Assembly (NCBI GenBank): GCA_013265495.1
Contig: MU058384.1
Span: forward strand, 3,075,010-3,139,009
Origin: Vicugna vicugna
Taxonomy: Eukaryota
Length of the DNA stretch: 64,000 nucleotides
Reading direction: 5' to 3'
In this document: piece after piece, positions 11,758-23,815 of the stretch
Numbering within the stretch: position 1 is the first letter of the stretch
Layout: every line of letters begins with the position of its first letter
Position numbers and translations under genes: made by a program
The notes under the pieces: generated by a model
Databases searched by the model: none
Told to the model about the DNA's origin: nothing
What the model saw: the letters and a program-made list of their open reading frames with translations, nothing else

Positions 11758-12082
11758 AAGTGTGTGATCAAGCCACAAACTCAGCACTGCTGGCAGGAGA
11801 GAGCTGCGGTGGGCAAATAGAAGAGCTGCTTGCTTTGTTCTAGACACTAAAGTTCCCTGGAAGCAGCCTAAGTCACAGACAAGATTTTAGTGACAGTTAT
11901 ATACTCTCTGGGCTCAAACTGGGCTTTATATCAATCCAAGGGCTTATGTATTTGTCTGATAAATTTCTATTAACTTACACCTTCTTGGTTCTGTGGAGAT
12001 AGAATTATTTTTTGGATCTAAGTCCAGAATTTTCATTTTTTTACATAATGGCTAAACTTTATTATTCATACTATCAAAGAAA

Positions 12083-12300
12083 AAATAATAGATGTGCATT
12101 AACTCTGTGCTGAGCATGGGGCTAAATGCATTGTCTTTTAAGCCATTATCTTAATTCAATCACCATAGCAGCCCAGTGGGAGAGAGAATGTTGTTATCCC
12201 CATTTTACAGGTGCAAAAAAATGAAACTTAGATTAGATCCATCACCCACGTCCGTCAAAAAATTTCGGGATTCTAATTCCATCAGACCAGTCCATATTCT
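12083..12300 (-). mobile_element. MIR SINE
   Basis: Core TTATCCCCATTTTACAGGTGCAAAAAATGAAAC. Confidence 0.7.
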
Positions 12301-14439
12301 CTCTTGATATATATTTATACTCTCCTTCTTACCACAAATGTCAGCTTTTCATCATCACTCACAGATGTGACCCAGGCACCATATAAGTCCTCTTTAGACA
12401 GTTGTAAAAATGTGGAACAGGCAGGAGCGTCAGTGCTGAGTCTTTCCACCAGAGACGTCTATCCAGGATGCACTAACCAGCACTTCAGAACTAAGTCAGT
12501 GCCAACGACTAAGAACCCATCCACATGGGCACATTTTTCTCTTTTGTCTGCAAGGATGTCACGGGACCCTTGGTCAACGCGATGCCAAAATTTGTATTCA
12601 CTATTCCTAGTCCTCTGTAAACCCATCAATTAAGGAAATGAGCACTGTCCAGATGGACTTGTTCTAATGAACCAGATGCTGTCTCCAGAAATCACCATGT
12701 CTCTCAGGGATCACCGTTGTCATTACATCACAGATCAGCCTTTTATTGCATTGCCCTAGGATTCTATCTGGTACTAACATCAGTCTTGCTGATCTATAGT
12801 TTGCAGAGATCAAGTCAATATGTTATGTGCTTCTCTTTTGCTTTTTGGATACCTTCTTTCTTATCTCTGACTGCTCGGAGATCATTTTAGGCAGTCAAGA
12901 AAACTCTCTCTTTTCACCCTCATTTGCCTTACCTGCAGAAACCTGACTACCTCTGATTGGCTTCATTTGATCAGTTTCATCTCTTTCATAAATTACCCAC
13001 TATCTTGGGCTTCCACTGACCCACACTTCTCTGTCTGAACAGCTTTCACTGCAGAGAAGACTGAACTGGGGCTTTTCTGCTTTTTCTCTGAAATCCACAA
13101 ACATTACCTCACTCCCCTCAGGCAGTGGGCAGATTACTTCCTTGTTCTTCTTGCTCAAATAAAACTTAAAACCAGCCTTGTAATTTCCTTTCATATTTTC
13201 CTGATATTGACTTTTGTATCCTTTTCAAGTCTCAGCTCATTTTGGGCGGTTGCCTTCCTGACACCTTAAGCTCATAATTGTACACTAAGGGAAGGTTTAA
13301 CCCCAAACTACAAATACAAAGCTAACAAGTCATATATAAATTCCAGCATCAAGAGGAAATGTGTTATCAGTCCAATCTTCCTCCTTTTATGAGCTGGTGG
13401 GTCACCTCTATGCTAAATTTAAAATACATTACATATGAAATCACTCTTCTCAGAACTTTCACGGTATATGAGTATCAGCTTTCTTCATTTTATATGCAAA
13501 GAGACAGGCACCCCAAATCCTTCCAGAAGCTAGACAGTGATCAGGGTCATGAGTCACCCCCATAGATTCTGATTTTGAGTTGAGGGCTTTTTGCGACTGA
13601 TGCTCAGATAAGCTGATTCTCAGATAAGCCTTGGAAGACAATGGTTTCCAGCCCTGCTCAGTGTCTGATTGGGAGAGTCATCCCCTTGTCCTCCGAACTG
13701 ACATACTGGAAAGGAATTACCGTCAGAGCTAACAACAGTGACCCTAGTCTTCCAGGCGCCCGGCACAACAGCAAGGAACGCTGTAGGCCGCTGGGGTGTG
13801 CCAGAGTCTCAGGAAAAGCCTGCTCACCTTACTGGGAAGTGCTTTGTTCCAGAAAATGATATTAAAATTATTAACATTGCCAAATCCCTCTCACCATTAG
13901 CCAAACTCACGGATTTTGGAAGGATAAGTCACTCCAGGGTCACTTCCATAGGCCAGATAATTGAAAGGTCTCCCATCAATGAGGAAACTACACAAGGACT
14001 TTGGATAGTAAATATAAGATCTTGGGCAGGTTTACTTCCATCGGCTGTGGCTTCTGCTCTCCAAATACAAGGTCAGACAGTGATATACCATGGTTCACAA
14101 GGTCCCTTCTAGGTTGAACACATGTGAGTTTGGAGCCACATGCTCTAGGCACCATAGTTGTCCACAGAGTTTCCTCTCCCCATCCTCTCTGCCATCCCCA
14201 GATCCTCCATCCCTCACCTATCTAACCCGGTAGGACTGGCATGTGGCAGGCGGACAGTCCCCCTTTCCCCGGTTGCTTTCTCATAGTGTTCTGTGGTCAC
14301 TCAGATAAGTAGGCTTCATGCAAGTGCCTGCCCTCCCAGTCTGGGCACTGGAATCCAGTCTACTGTCCATAAGTCCAGACAGTGACAGGACCATGACCCT
14401 GCCTAGGCATTCTGATCTTTAGTTGAGGGACCAGACATC

Positions 14440-14995
14440 TTTTTTTAGATTAAAAAATACTGTATTGAAGTGCAGTGCACATGCAGAAAAGCGCACACAT
14501 CTAAGTACACTGCTCAACAAATTTCCAACTGATCCAATCAAGCAACAGAAAGCTCCTTGCACCCAGAAACTCCTTTCCTGCCCTCCTCCAAAGCTCCCCC
14601 CACCCCCTAACAAAGATCAGCACCACACTGACTTCTCCCAGCACAGACTGTTTTTGAACTTTATATAAAGGGACTCATACAGCTCCTACACATTCCTGCA
14701 GCTTGCTTCTATTTTGCACAATATGTGCGTGAGATTCTCGCATGCTGTTGTGTGCAGTTGGAAATTGTTTACTGTCATTGCTGGATCATATTCAGTTTGA
14801 CAAATATTCCTGATTTCTTTATCCCTTCTATTACTGGTGCACCTTGAATAGCTTCCAGTGTGGGGCTATTACAAATAGCACTGCTATAAACACTCCAGGC
14901 TCCAGGTGATCGTATGTACCCATTTCTGTTGGGTAAACATCCTGGCATAGAATTCCTAAGTTACAGGGTAACACACATCCAGCTTTAATAAATAA
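14440..14995 (-). mobile_element. Old L1 (L1ME-like) 3' end
   Basis: CATGCAGAAAAGCGCACACATCTAAG...TTTTGAACTTTATATAAAGGG...GGGGCTATTACAAATAGCACTGCTATAAACA. Confidence 0.75.
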
Positions 14996-15499
14996 ACAGC
15001 ATTTTATATAAATACTCTTTGTTCCTTTTTCATTTCTTCCTCCTTATCCTCCTGTTCTTGTGCCTTCATTTTCTTCTTCAAGCATCTTTTTAACACAATA
15101 GAACCCATGTGTGCTGGCCTCACAGCCAGTGTTCACTGCCCAAGTGCAGGAGAGTCACATGCCACACAGCATGGCAGGAACCAGGGGTGTTTCAAAATCT
15201 AGTTTTACTATGAACTCAGGGATACCCAATGGGAAGTCACACAGAGCATAATTCCCAGTATTACCACCAGGTGGGCCATCTCTCTCAGAGCCCGACCAGT
15301 CCAGGCTTGTCCACAGAACCCCTTACAGACTGGCCACCCCGCCCAGCTCCCTCCAGGCCTGGGGAGCTGGCCTCTCAGAGTCCAGGCTGTCTCCATCCAC
15401 TAAACACCCCAGTCCTCACCCACCATCAGCCCCGCTCATCTATGGCTGAGCCTGATCTGTGCAGAGGAAAAGTCCTGCTAAAAGACACATATATAACTC

Positions 15500-15705
15500 A
15501 GCATTCAGAGACCTTGAGTTTGAATCCTTCATCCTCCCCTTTCCTGCAGAGACCTAGAGCAAGTCACTCAACCACTCTTTTCTCTGTTTTCTCATCTGTA
15601 AAATTAGATTAGTAGTACTTTTCACCTCACAGAATACATTTGAAGGTTATATGAGGTAATACATGTAGGGTCCTTAGAAGCCAGGCTGGTAAGCAGTTGG
15701 TACAG
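15500..15705 (+). mobile_element. MIR SINE
   Basis: GAGTTTGAATCC...GCAAGTCACTCAACC...TTCTCATCTGTAAAAT. Confidence 0.75.
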
Positions 15706-16124
15706 AGATGTTGGCTGGAATTACACTGGCAAAGAAAGCTAGCTTCCCAAAGGCTTCTGCGTTCAGTTAGTGTTCATTTCAGTTCGCCCCAGCTCCACCT
15801 GCAATGGGTGCGAACTGACTTCATATTTGTGCTGTAAGGGGTTCTCTGGAAAAGAAGGGGGACAGGGGGAGTCTGCCCTAGAAGTAAATTTAACTCAGGC
15901 AGAAGTGGTTTGTAAGTTTTAAATGACAATCTTTTTTTCAGCTTTAAAAAATGCTGGAGTGCAGTCCCAGGCAGGTCTGCTCATTGCAAGGATAGGAAAG
16001 GGGAGAGAGAGAGAGATGGAGAAGACAGAATAGCTTAGTAACTACAAAAGGATCCCCTGACACAGCCTCGGCCAAGGGGACAGCCTAGGAGAGACCAGAC
16101 CAAAGGGACCGGGGGATTTGGCAG

Positions 16125-16290
16125 CTTGAGTCGGCGGCCTGGGCCACACCACTCATTAGCTGTACATTCCTGAACTTTGCCTTTGGTATCTGTAGAACGA
16201 AGACAATCTTATTTTCCTGAGAGAATTGTTTTGTGGCTTAGAGTTAATATAAATAAATTGCTTAGCCTAACAAACATATAGACTTTAGAA
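16125..16290 (+). mobile_element. MIR SINE (degenerate)
   Basis: ATCTGTAGAACGAAGACAAT...GAATTGTTTTGTGGCTTAGAGTTAATATA. Confidence 0.5.
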
Positions 16291-16399
16291 ATGATGTCTA
16301 TTATTATTTGGAATCACACACACACACACACACAGTATTTCTTTAATGAGAAATAAAGCTAACTCTGCTGGAACAATCAGTGATGTAACTAACAGAACA

Positions 16400-16725
16400 T
16401 AAACACTCCTTCCAGTGGGACATGGGTAAGACCAAGGACACAGTACTGCTCTGGAAGGTCACGCCACAGCTGCAGAACTGATCACTGGTCCCCTCTGAGT
16501 GCCTGCTTCTCTCTCACCAATGACACCTCCGTGTCCACTTCGTTCCTCCTGAACTAAGGTTACTGGGATTGTTGAAATGACCCCTCTTGACAAGCTCCAA
16601 TCCAGAACACCCTCCTCTTCCCAGATGCCTCCTTAGGGTTATCCAGCTCCCTCTTCCAGAGATGCTCCGTGGGTTCTCTGGGGTGTATTCTCCATTGCAG
16701 TAGCAAGCAAAATGCACCTAGCTTC
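16400..16725 (+). mobile_element. Probable ERV1-class LTR remnant
   Basis: GAGATGCTCCGTGGGTTCTCTGGGGTGTATTCTCCATTGCAGTAGCAAGCAAAATGCACC resembles the U5 region at ~6600-6660. Confidence 0.4.
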
Positions 16726-16829
16726 TTAGTTTCTTCTTCTTGCTCTTCCTTTTCCTCCTCCCCCTTCCTGTAGGTGTGCTCCTAGCTGTCTTTGGATGGT
16801 GAACTTTGATACCAAAGAGTAAACTTCTC

Positions 16830-16867
<38 letters not shown>

Positions 16868-16886
16868 TAGATGGATAGATACAGAT
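16830..16886. repeat. (GATA)n/(GACA)n compound microsatellite
   Basis: Seen directly. Confidence 0.95.
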
Positions 16887-17139
16887 ATATTTCCACTTCT
16901 ACAGATGGAAAAACAGGTGATCTAGACATCCGGAGAGAGAACAGGAAGAAGAAGAAGGAAAAGAAGAGGAAGAGGAAAAAGGAGGAGGAGAAGGAGGAGG
17001 AGGGGAGACGAGAGGACCGTGAAGAGACTTCCAGAAAGGGAGGAAAATACTTTTACTTTTAAATCATTCTGGTTCTGTACAGTCCAGTGACCCTCCTTGG
17101 GGTCTCACACCAGTCAGCTACTCACGCCGATGTATTTTA

Positions 17140-17330
17140 CCAATTATAACATAATTGTATAGCAGGTGGCCTGTGGCAGGCAACATTCTACGCACTTTGC
17201 ATGTGACGTTTACAAGGACCCCATGAAACAAAGCGATGCTATTATCCCATCTGACAGCGGAGGAGAGTGAGTCCCAGAAAGGCTAAGCAGCTTGCCCAGG
17301 TTCCCGGCTGGTGGATGGAGGGCGCCGCCC
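17140..17330 (-). mobile_element. MIR SINE
   Basis: TATTATCCCATCTGACAGCGGAGGAGAGTGAG...AGGCTAAGCAGCTTGCCCAGGT. Confidence 0.7.
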
Positions 17331-17679
17331 CAACCTCACACTGGGCCCTCGCGCCTGTGGGAGAAGGCACATCCCGGAGCCGCTCCGCACTGACACTGAC
17401 TGCGGGGCTCCAAGCTCAAAGGGCAAGGGTTTCCTCCAGTGCGCATTCAGCGCTGCAAACTGGTGGTTTGTGTGGTGGCGTGATTTCCATTAATGTGCGT
17501 GTTGTGAAGAACTCCTGCCAGGGATTGCAGGAATCTCTGAAGGAATGGTGACCCCATATTCTTTCGTTTTCTTCTTCTTCTCTTTCCTGCTTCCTCACAC
17601 TTCCCACTGTCTCTTTCATTCTGTCTTCTTCCTGGAGGTGGTAAAAGGGATTTTATAGATTTTTCTGCTTTACACCAGA

Positions 17680-17915
17680 GATAACGGCCAACATTTGTAA
17701 GCGTTTACTGTGTGCTGGACCCCCCGCTACTCGCTTTGCAGGGGTTACTTTCCTTGAGCCTCACAACAGCCCCTTCCGAGGTAAACACTACGCTGCTCTC
17801 AATTCACAGATGAGGAAATGGGACTGGGTTTTGTTCCTTGTCCACAGCTGCAGTAATTAAGTCACCTGGGTGGGACTGGATCTCAGCCCTGACTGAGGCG
17901 TGGTTCACCACCTCA
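17680..17915 (-). mobile_element. MIR SINE
   Basis: CCTCACAACAGCCC...TTCACAGATGAGGAAATGGG. Confidence 0.7.
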
Positions 17916-19169
17916 GAGCCCCTGACTCATCGCCACCCCGCTGCTCTCTGCAACCTGGCGGGTGAAGCGCTCCGGGAAGGAGCCTCCTCTCTCCTCCAGA
18001 AGCTCTTTGTCACCAGATTTCTCTTGCTGTGTTACCAAGTACTGACTCATCCCATACCCAGATAGGTATCCAGCACACGCCCCATCATGAAGATGCTGCC
18101 TTTTCAATATCAACCTTTGGAAAAATACTATAGGGCAAACCATTCTTTTGGAAACTTATGCTTTAATAGCAAAACTTTTCAAAATAAATGTAGATTTCAA
18201 TTTATTGACAAGGAAATATGTTCATAATATATATGTTTAGTGAACAGAGTAGCTTATGACAAAGTATGTATTCTATGGTCCTATTCTTGTAAGAAACAAA
18301 ACAAAACTATAGAAGTAAATATGTAAATATAAATAGATATGTATATATGTGTGTGTATATATATATATTTTTAATTCTGGGAGGATATAACCTTAACACC
18401 AACGGTGCTTTCTCTGGTTTGTGGGATTAGGAATCATTAGGAGTTATATTCTGTTCTCTTTATTTTCTGTTGTTCTTTTATATCACGGTAATTGACAATA
18501 AGAAGGAGTTTCTGTTTGGAAACAAAGTGCATGCAAGGAAATTAATTAGGTGGAGAAAGGTGATATTACGAAAGATAAAAAGAGTTTTTTGCAAACATTT
18601 TTGCTGATTTAAGTTGAATGGAAAATCTACATAAGTATGTATGCATGATGGATATATATCTATACATACATTGTCTGTGATGATCAGTAGGCTGGTGGAT
18701 ACATGAACGCTCTCACAAGGACTCTCTATACGTCTATGTCAGAACAGCACTACCGAAAAGAATAATAATGAGTGTATCCAAAGAGAGCGAGTTCCTCACC
18801 CTCAGGGACCCAGGGCTCAGCTCTTCCCAGCAGGTGGCATTCTGTTGTGTGCTGCTCCCCACTCACTACTTGGCATCTTTGGCACCATCATGGCACCTTC
18901 CACTGCTGAGACCTGCTTACATCTCCCTTTTCCATCCTCCTCCATATCTCTGTGATGGTGTCTCTGTAAAGACCACTCTCCCTCCTCACTTCTGGAAAAG
19001 AAAGGAATGTTGATTAAAATTTGAGCCCTGGGCATCCCACTTTTCAGTCATTGGTCATTCCTAGTGTAAACTACATGGTTTCTACCCCCATCTGGCCATG
19101 GGAATAAACACCACAGCCATATAAAATTTAGGGGGTTCTCTGTATCCTAGACTTCAAGATAAAGTAAGA

Positions 19170-19325
19170 CTAGTGCCTCCCACACCTTAATGTGCACAAA
19201 GTGTACCTGTGGGTCTCTGCAGGTTCTGTCTGTGGTAGGGCCCGAGACACTGCATTTTTAACAAAATCCCAGGTGACGCTGATGCTCATGGTTTGAGAGC
19301 TGCATTTGGGACAGCAAACATCTAG
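19170..19325. mobile_element. MER5A hAT-Charlie element
   Basis: GGGCCCGAGACACTGCATTTTTAACAAAATCCCAGGTGACGCTGATGCT. Confidence 0.8.
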
Positions 19326-19429
19326 ACCCCAACGGGAATCAGAAGTACTTGGTGAGTAGCCTACCTTTCAAAGATCCCACTGCAATTTAAATTTATAACA
19401 CAGTCTCTTAGATTTTTGTGGATATTAGG

Positions 19430-19866
19430 AGAGGCATGGCATGTGGGAAATGGGAAACTGAGGACAGTTTATTTATAAAGGGAGAATTTTAAGGATACAA
19501 GTGTAGGGGCACCAGGGGTAGCAGAGTATAGGCAGGTATTCAGTAGCTGTTACCACCCTGACCCTAAAGGGGCAACATGAGGGAGGGGCTGACCAGAGCT
19601 GGAGGGAGAGAGTTGTGTAATGTCACCTGTCTTGAAAGAAAGAGTGACCTCTGTTGAGAGACAGTCAGCCTGGGGTGGCCTTAAGAGAGAGAGCTAAGAG
19701 AATGAATCCTGGCCTCATTCCCCTTCCTCTAGTCTCCCACCAGCTACCCCATTGGTGGGGGCCATTAATGGAGTCCAGGCAGGTCAGCACCTTGGAGCAG
19801 AGAGCAGGGTGGAGAACAGTGGAGGGGACGGTGCAGAGAGGCAAATGAACGTGTCCCGTTAGCACA
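19430..19866 (-). mobile_element. ERVL-class solo LTR (LTR41/LTR33-like)
   Basis: GAGCAGGGTGGAGAACAGTGGAGGGGAC...GGCAAATGAA...AGCACA terminus. Confidence 0.6.
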
Positions 19867-20166
19867 GAGGGTCTCATGAGAGACACTGCACTGGTGGTGA
19901 CAGGGTTCATGGAAGGGAAGCTGATCTGTTGTTAGGGCTTCACTCCCATTAGAAAAGTCTAAATGATGAAGAACCACATGGAATGTGAAGAGAAACCTAA
20001 AAACAAAACCAATCCAGAAAGAAAAAAAACCAAAAAACCTAGGTCAGTAATTGAATTCTGTATTTAGCAATAACTTGAGATACTTTGGGGAAAAAATATG
20101 AACAAATAACTGCCCCCCCCCAAAAGCACATAAATGATTACAAAATGCAGCATGAGAGCAGGGCTC

Positions 20167-20290
20167 TGTCTTTTAGGGTTTTGGTGTAAAACAACAGAAT
20201 CAACCCTGGCTTCATTTAAGCAAAAAGTGATTTGCTTTACGGATATTGGGGGCTTTCAGGATGTACAGAAGCCCTGCCCAGAAGCCAGCG
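20167..20290 (-). mobile_element. MaLR (MLT1) LTR 3' fragment
   Basis: GGTGTAAAACAACAGAATCAACCCTGGCTTCATTTAAGCAAAAAG. Confidence 0.5.
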
Positions 20291-20849
20291 TAGCTTTTAC
20301 TCACAGAAAAGAATCATTTTTCAGCTCATATAGCTAATAAAATTATATCATATGTAACATAATGGGAAGGTTTCTACTGTATGCATGTTTTGAGGACTTC
20401 CAAACTAAGTTCGAGGGGCGGGCCATAGAAGACAGATCAGCATCCTCCTTAAAGTGGAAGAAGAATCCAGGTAAGAGGTGTGAAGGCTCAGTGGGCTTTC
20501 AAGCCATTTTCACAGGAGGTCCAGGTGCCTGGATTTCTGCAGGGCTGCAGGTGTGCAGTGAACCCATTCCTGACAGTTGAGCACGCGCTAAAGTACACTT
20601 GACCTGGTCATCTGCCCCAATGGGCTCCACCTCTGGTCAGGAGGCAGGAGCTCAGGACAGAGGCAGAGCTGGGGGAGAGCTCGACAGCTGTCACACCCCA
20701 AGCTAGGGACCACAGTCCAGAACTCCATCCTCAGAAGGCAATTGGGAGGAGTGTGGGCTGAAGGCCAGTCCTAGTGCTGATAGAGTTAAGTAAGTGCAGA
20801 TGGGTTTCAGGACTGGCTAGAGCCCAAGATCCTTTGTCTGGTTGGCAGC

Positions 20850-21000
20850 TTTATAACCCAGGCGTGTCCAGGTTCTGCCACTGACTAGCCAAGTGCCCTT
20901 ACTTAGGCAAGATTCCTGGATACCTATTTGTAAAATAGGGATAAAATTAGAGGGATTTGGTAAAGGTGAAATGAGACAAGTCATGTGAAGTTTCCAATAT
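20850..21000 (+). mobile_element. MIR SINE
   Basis: TTCTGCCACTGACTAGC...TATTTGTAAAATAGGGATAA. Confidence 0.6.
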
Positions 21001-21376
21001 ATTATCTATATTATTGAATGTTTAAATGTTACTTTATTACATACTATCAGTTTTATATTGAAGTTAGTTTACTTTCTCTTCACAGGAAATTTGCAGCGTT
21101 AACTCACAACTACACTCAGTGATAGGAAAAAGCAGCCTATGACTTAAACTTCCTTAAGTTCAATTCCACCTTCACAGCATTCATTTCTCTTTAAATAATT
21201 ATATTCCTATTATTTGACAGTATACTGAGGAGGTAGGGAAATTCATATCACTCAAATGTATTGAAAGCAAAAATGTATAATAATGTTAACTAACTTTTTT
21301 AACGATCATCCATATTCCCCACCCCTTAGAAACAAGTTTCATAGGCATTTTGATGCATCTTCTCTGTGTCTGTATA

Positions 21377-22397
21377 TTTTTAAATAAAGGTACAACTGAC
21401 CCATGTCACTATGTTTGTTCCAGGTGTACAAGCTGGCAATTTGATATATCTATACATTGCAAAATAATCACCATGATATGTCTAGTTACCATCTGTCACC
21501 ATACCAAGATATTACAATATAATTGACTACATTCCCCAGGCTGTACATTTCATCCTCATGACTCATTTTTCTTTATAACTGGGAGTCTGTACCTCCTAAT
21601 CATCTTCATTTACTTCACTCATCCCCCAACTCCTTGCCCCTGTGATAACCACCTGTTTGTTCTCTGTATTTATGTCTATTCTGTTTTGTTATGTTTGTTC
21701 ATTTGTTTTGTATTTTAGATTCCACATACAAGGGAAATCAAACAGTATTTGCCTTTCTCTGACTTATTTCACTTAGCATAATACTCTCTAGGTCCATCCA
21801 TCTTGTCACAAATGGCAAGATTTCATTCATTTTTATGGCTGAGTAATATTCCATTGTGTATATAACAACACATCGTCTTATTTGTTTATCTGTTGATGAA
21901 TGTTTATGTTGCTTCCATATCTTGGCTATTGTAAATAATGCCCCAGTGAACATAGGAGTGCATAGATCTTTTTGAATTAGTGTTTTTGTTTTCTTTGGAA
22001 AAATACCCAGAAGTGGAATTGCTGGGTCTTAATGGCAGTTCTATTTTTAACTTTTGGAGGCATCTCCATACTGTTTTCCATAGAGGCTGCACCAGTTTAC
22101 ATTCCCACCAATAGTGCACGAGGGTTCCCTTTTCTCCACATCCTCACAAACGCTTGTTATTTCTTGTCTTTTTTGATGATAGCCATTCTGACAGGTATGA
22201 GGTGATATCTCACTGTTGTTTTGATTTGCATTTCCCTGATGATCAGTGATGTCGAGCATATTTTCCTGTGTCTGTTGGCCATCACTCTTTTGAATTCAAG
22301 TCCTCTGACCACTTTTTAATTGGGTTGTTTGGCGGGTTTTTTTGGTGTTGAGTTGTTTCAGTTCTTTATATATTTTGGATATTAACACTTATCAGAT
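21377..22397 (-). mobile_element. 5'-truncated L1 (L1MA-age), ORF2 C-terminus plus 3' UTR
   Basis: ORFs 21738-21953 (ALFTIAKIWKQ...YTMEYYSAIK...WMDLESIMLSEISQ) and 21904-22119 ([16 protein letters not shown]) are L1 ORF2 C-terminal sequence, frameshifted. Confidence 0.95.
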
Positions 22398-22649
22398 CAA
22401 CGTTAAATAACTAAAAAAATTATACTTAGAGTGCATTTTTTCCAGTTTACATAATAGGAGTATTTAATTATGTTCGATAACAGTCACAAGGCCGGTGCTT
22501 TTCTGAATTTAAATGTCAATTCTTGGCTAAGTCCATGTTAGCAGAGTGAAGCAGAGAAAAATAGGATAATTCCTAAGAAATCAAGTTATTAACTCTCCTC
22601 CAGGTTCCACTTTTCCCTTGACAATTACATACATTATACAAAGGCCAAC

Positions 22650-22880
22650 TAAACACAGGCTTTAAGCCAAAAGAACTACAGCTCGAATCCTGACGATCAT
22701 TTACTAATTGCTGGACCCTGGGTAAGGGTCTTTACTTTTCTGAGCCTCAGGATCCCCCCCCCCCAATAAGATAAAATGACAAAGCAAGATTATTTGAGGT
22801 CACAATGTGACATAAAGTATGTGAAGTTGCTTTTATATGGTCATAGTAAATGTACAATAAATGATAGTTTCAGTATTTTA
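22650..22880 (+). mobile_element. MIR SINE
   Basis: TCGAATCCTGAC...CCCTGGGTAAG...TCTGAGCCTCAG...CAATAAATGATAG. Confidence 0.65.
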
Positions 22881-23229
22881 TTTCAAAGATACAAAACATA
22901 TTTAAGGACTCTACCATTAAATTGAATATTATTCCTATACTTAAAAAATCGAATGACAAGGTTATAAGGATTCTTTAGATTTGAAATTAAATCTCCTGCC
23001 CTTTGCTAAGATTCTACCAAAACTCCTCAGGAAAATAAAAGTCATCTTCTATATTATCTAAGTGGTTCCAGGGAAAGAAGTAGAATATTTTCTATGCTCA
23101 CCTATCTCTAAATATTTCATAATTTTTGAGTCAAGTTTTGTTAATGAAATTTAATGTCACTTGCTAATATAACACCTGGTATCTCTTATTAAAAATGTCT
23201 TTTGTCTAGAAATAAACATTGTTCATACA

Positions 23230-23420
23230 AGTGTAGTATCTTAGAGTTTTCCAAATGTCGTCACATACAATATTTCATTTACTCGTTACATTGTCCCTGG
23301 TGAGGAAGTCATGGTAGGTAGTTCTAGAGCCATATCTGGACAAAGGAACTAAAGTTGAAAGTTGAAATGACTTGTCCTGGACCCTGATCACCTAATGAAT
23401 GGTGACAGAGCCTGGGACTG
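23230..23420 (-). mobile_element. MIR SINE (degenerate)
   Basis: GTTGAAATGACTTGTCCTGG...GGTGACAGAGCCTGGGACT. Confidence 0.5.
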
Positions 23421-23796
23421 ACTCCGCAGAACTTGCTAAAAAAAACCAACATCCACCTTCAAAGATTCTTAAGTGCAACTGGACACTAAGTGAAAAATCT
23501 AACTAAAAGATCAGGACTGCCTTTTATTCAAGATATGACAGCAAGCTTTACACAGAAAAAAAATAAAGTAGAAAGGCTAAGATGCTAAGAGTTTTGGATG
23601 TTAAGGATATTTGCAAAATGTTTGTGAGTATTAACAGTATGGAAAGTAGCGCTGAAGAACTTTTGAAAGTCGAGCTGATGAGAGTATTAGTATCGGCAGG
23701 ATCTGTTTCCCATTTACCATGGTTCATTCACCGCCTGCTGGAATGCTTGGTGCATTCTTGCTGCAAAGCAGGAGTAAATGCTTCAGATCTGCCCAG

Positions 23797-23815
23797 ACAC
23801 CAGAAGAGGGCAGTA
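23797..23815 (+). promoter_or_regulatory. Candidate CTCF site
   Basis: ACACCAGAAGAGGGCAGTA, one mismatch from CCAGCAGAGGGCAG. Confidence 0.5.

Larger units (their letters stand above)
11400..13050 (-). mobile_element. Fragmented CR1/L3 LINE (reverse transcriptase and 3' region)
   Basis: Minus-strand translation of 12330-12700 gives QHLVH*NKSIWTVLISLIDG (cf. QHGFTKNKSCQTNLISFFD), NFGIALTK..DILADK (cf. DFSKAFDKVSHDILVDK) and SWIDVSGG...FHIF...SDDEKL (cf. SWREVSSGVPQG...FNIFINDL...FADDTKL). L3-like 3' sequence at 11420-11600. Interrupted by MER5 and MIR. Confidence 0.75.

Noticed and set aside
16731..17010. Pyrimidine and purine tracts flanking the GATA/GACA repeat as an inverted repeat
   Set aside because: Low-complexity complementarity only, with no unique register.
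21738..22259. ORFs with real protein similarity
   Set aside because: Frameshifted L1 ORF2 C-terminal fragments, not a host gene.
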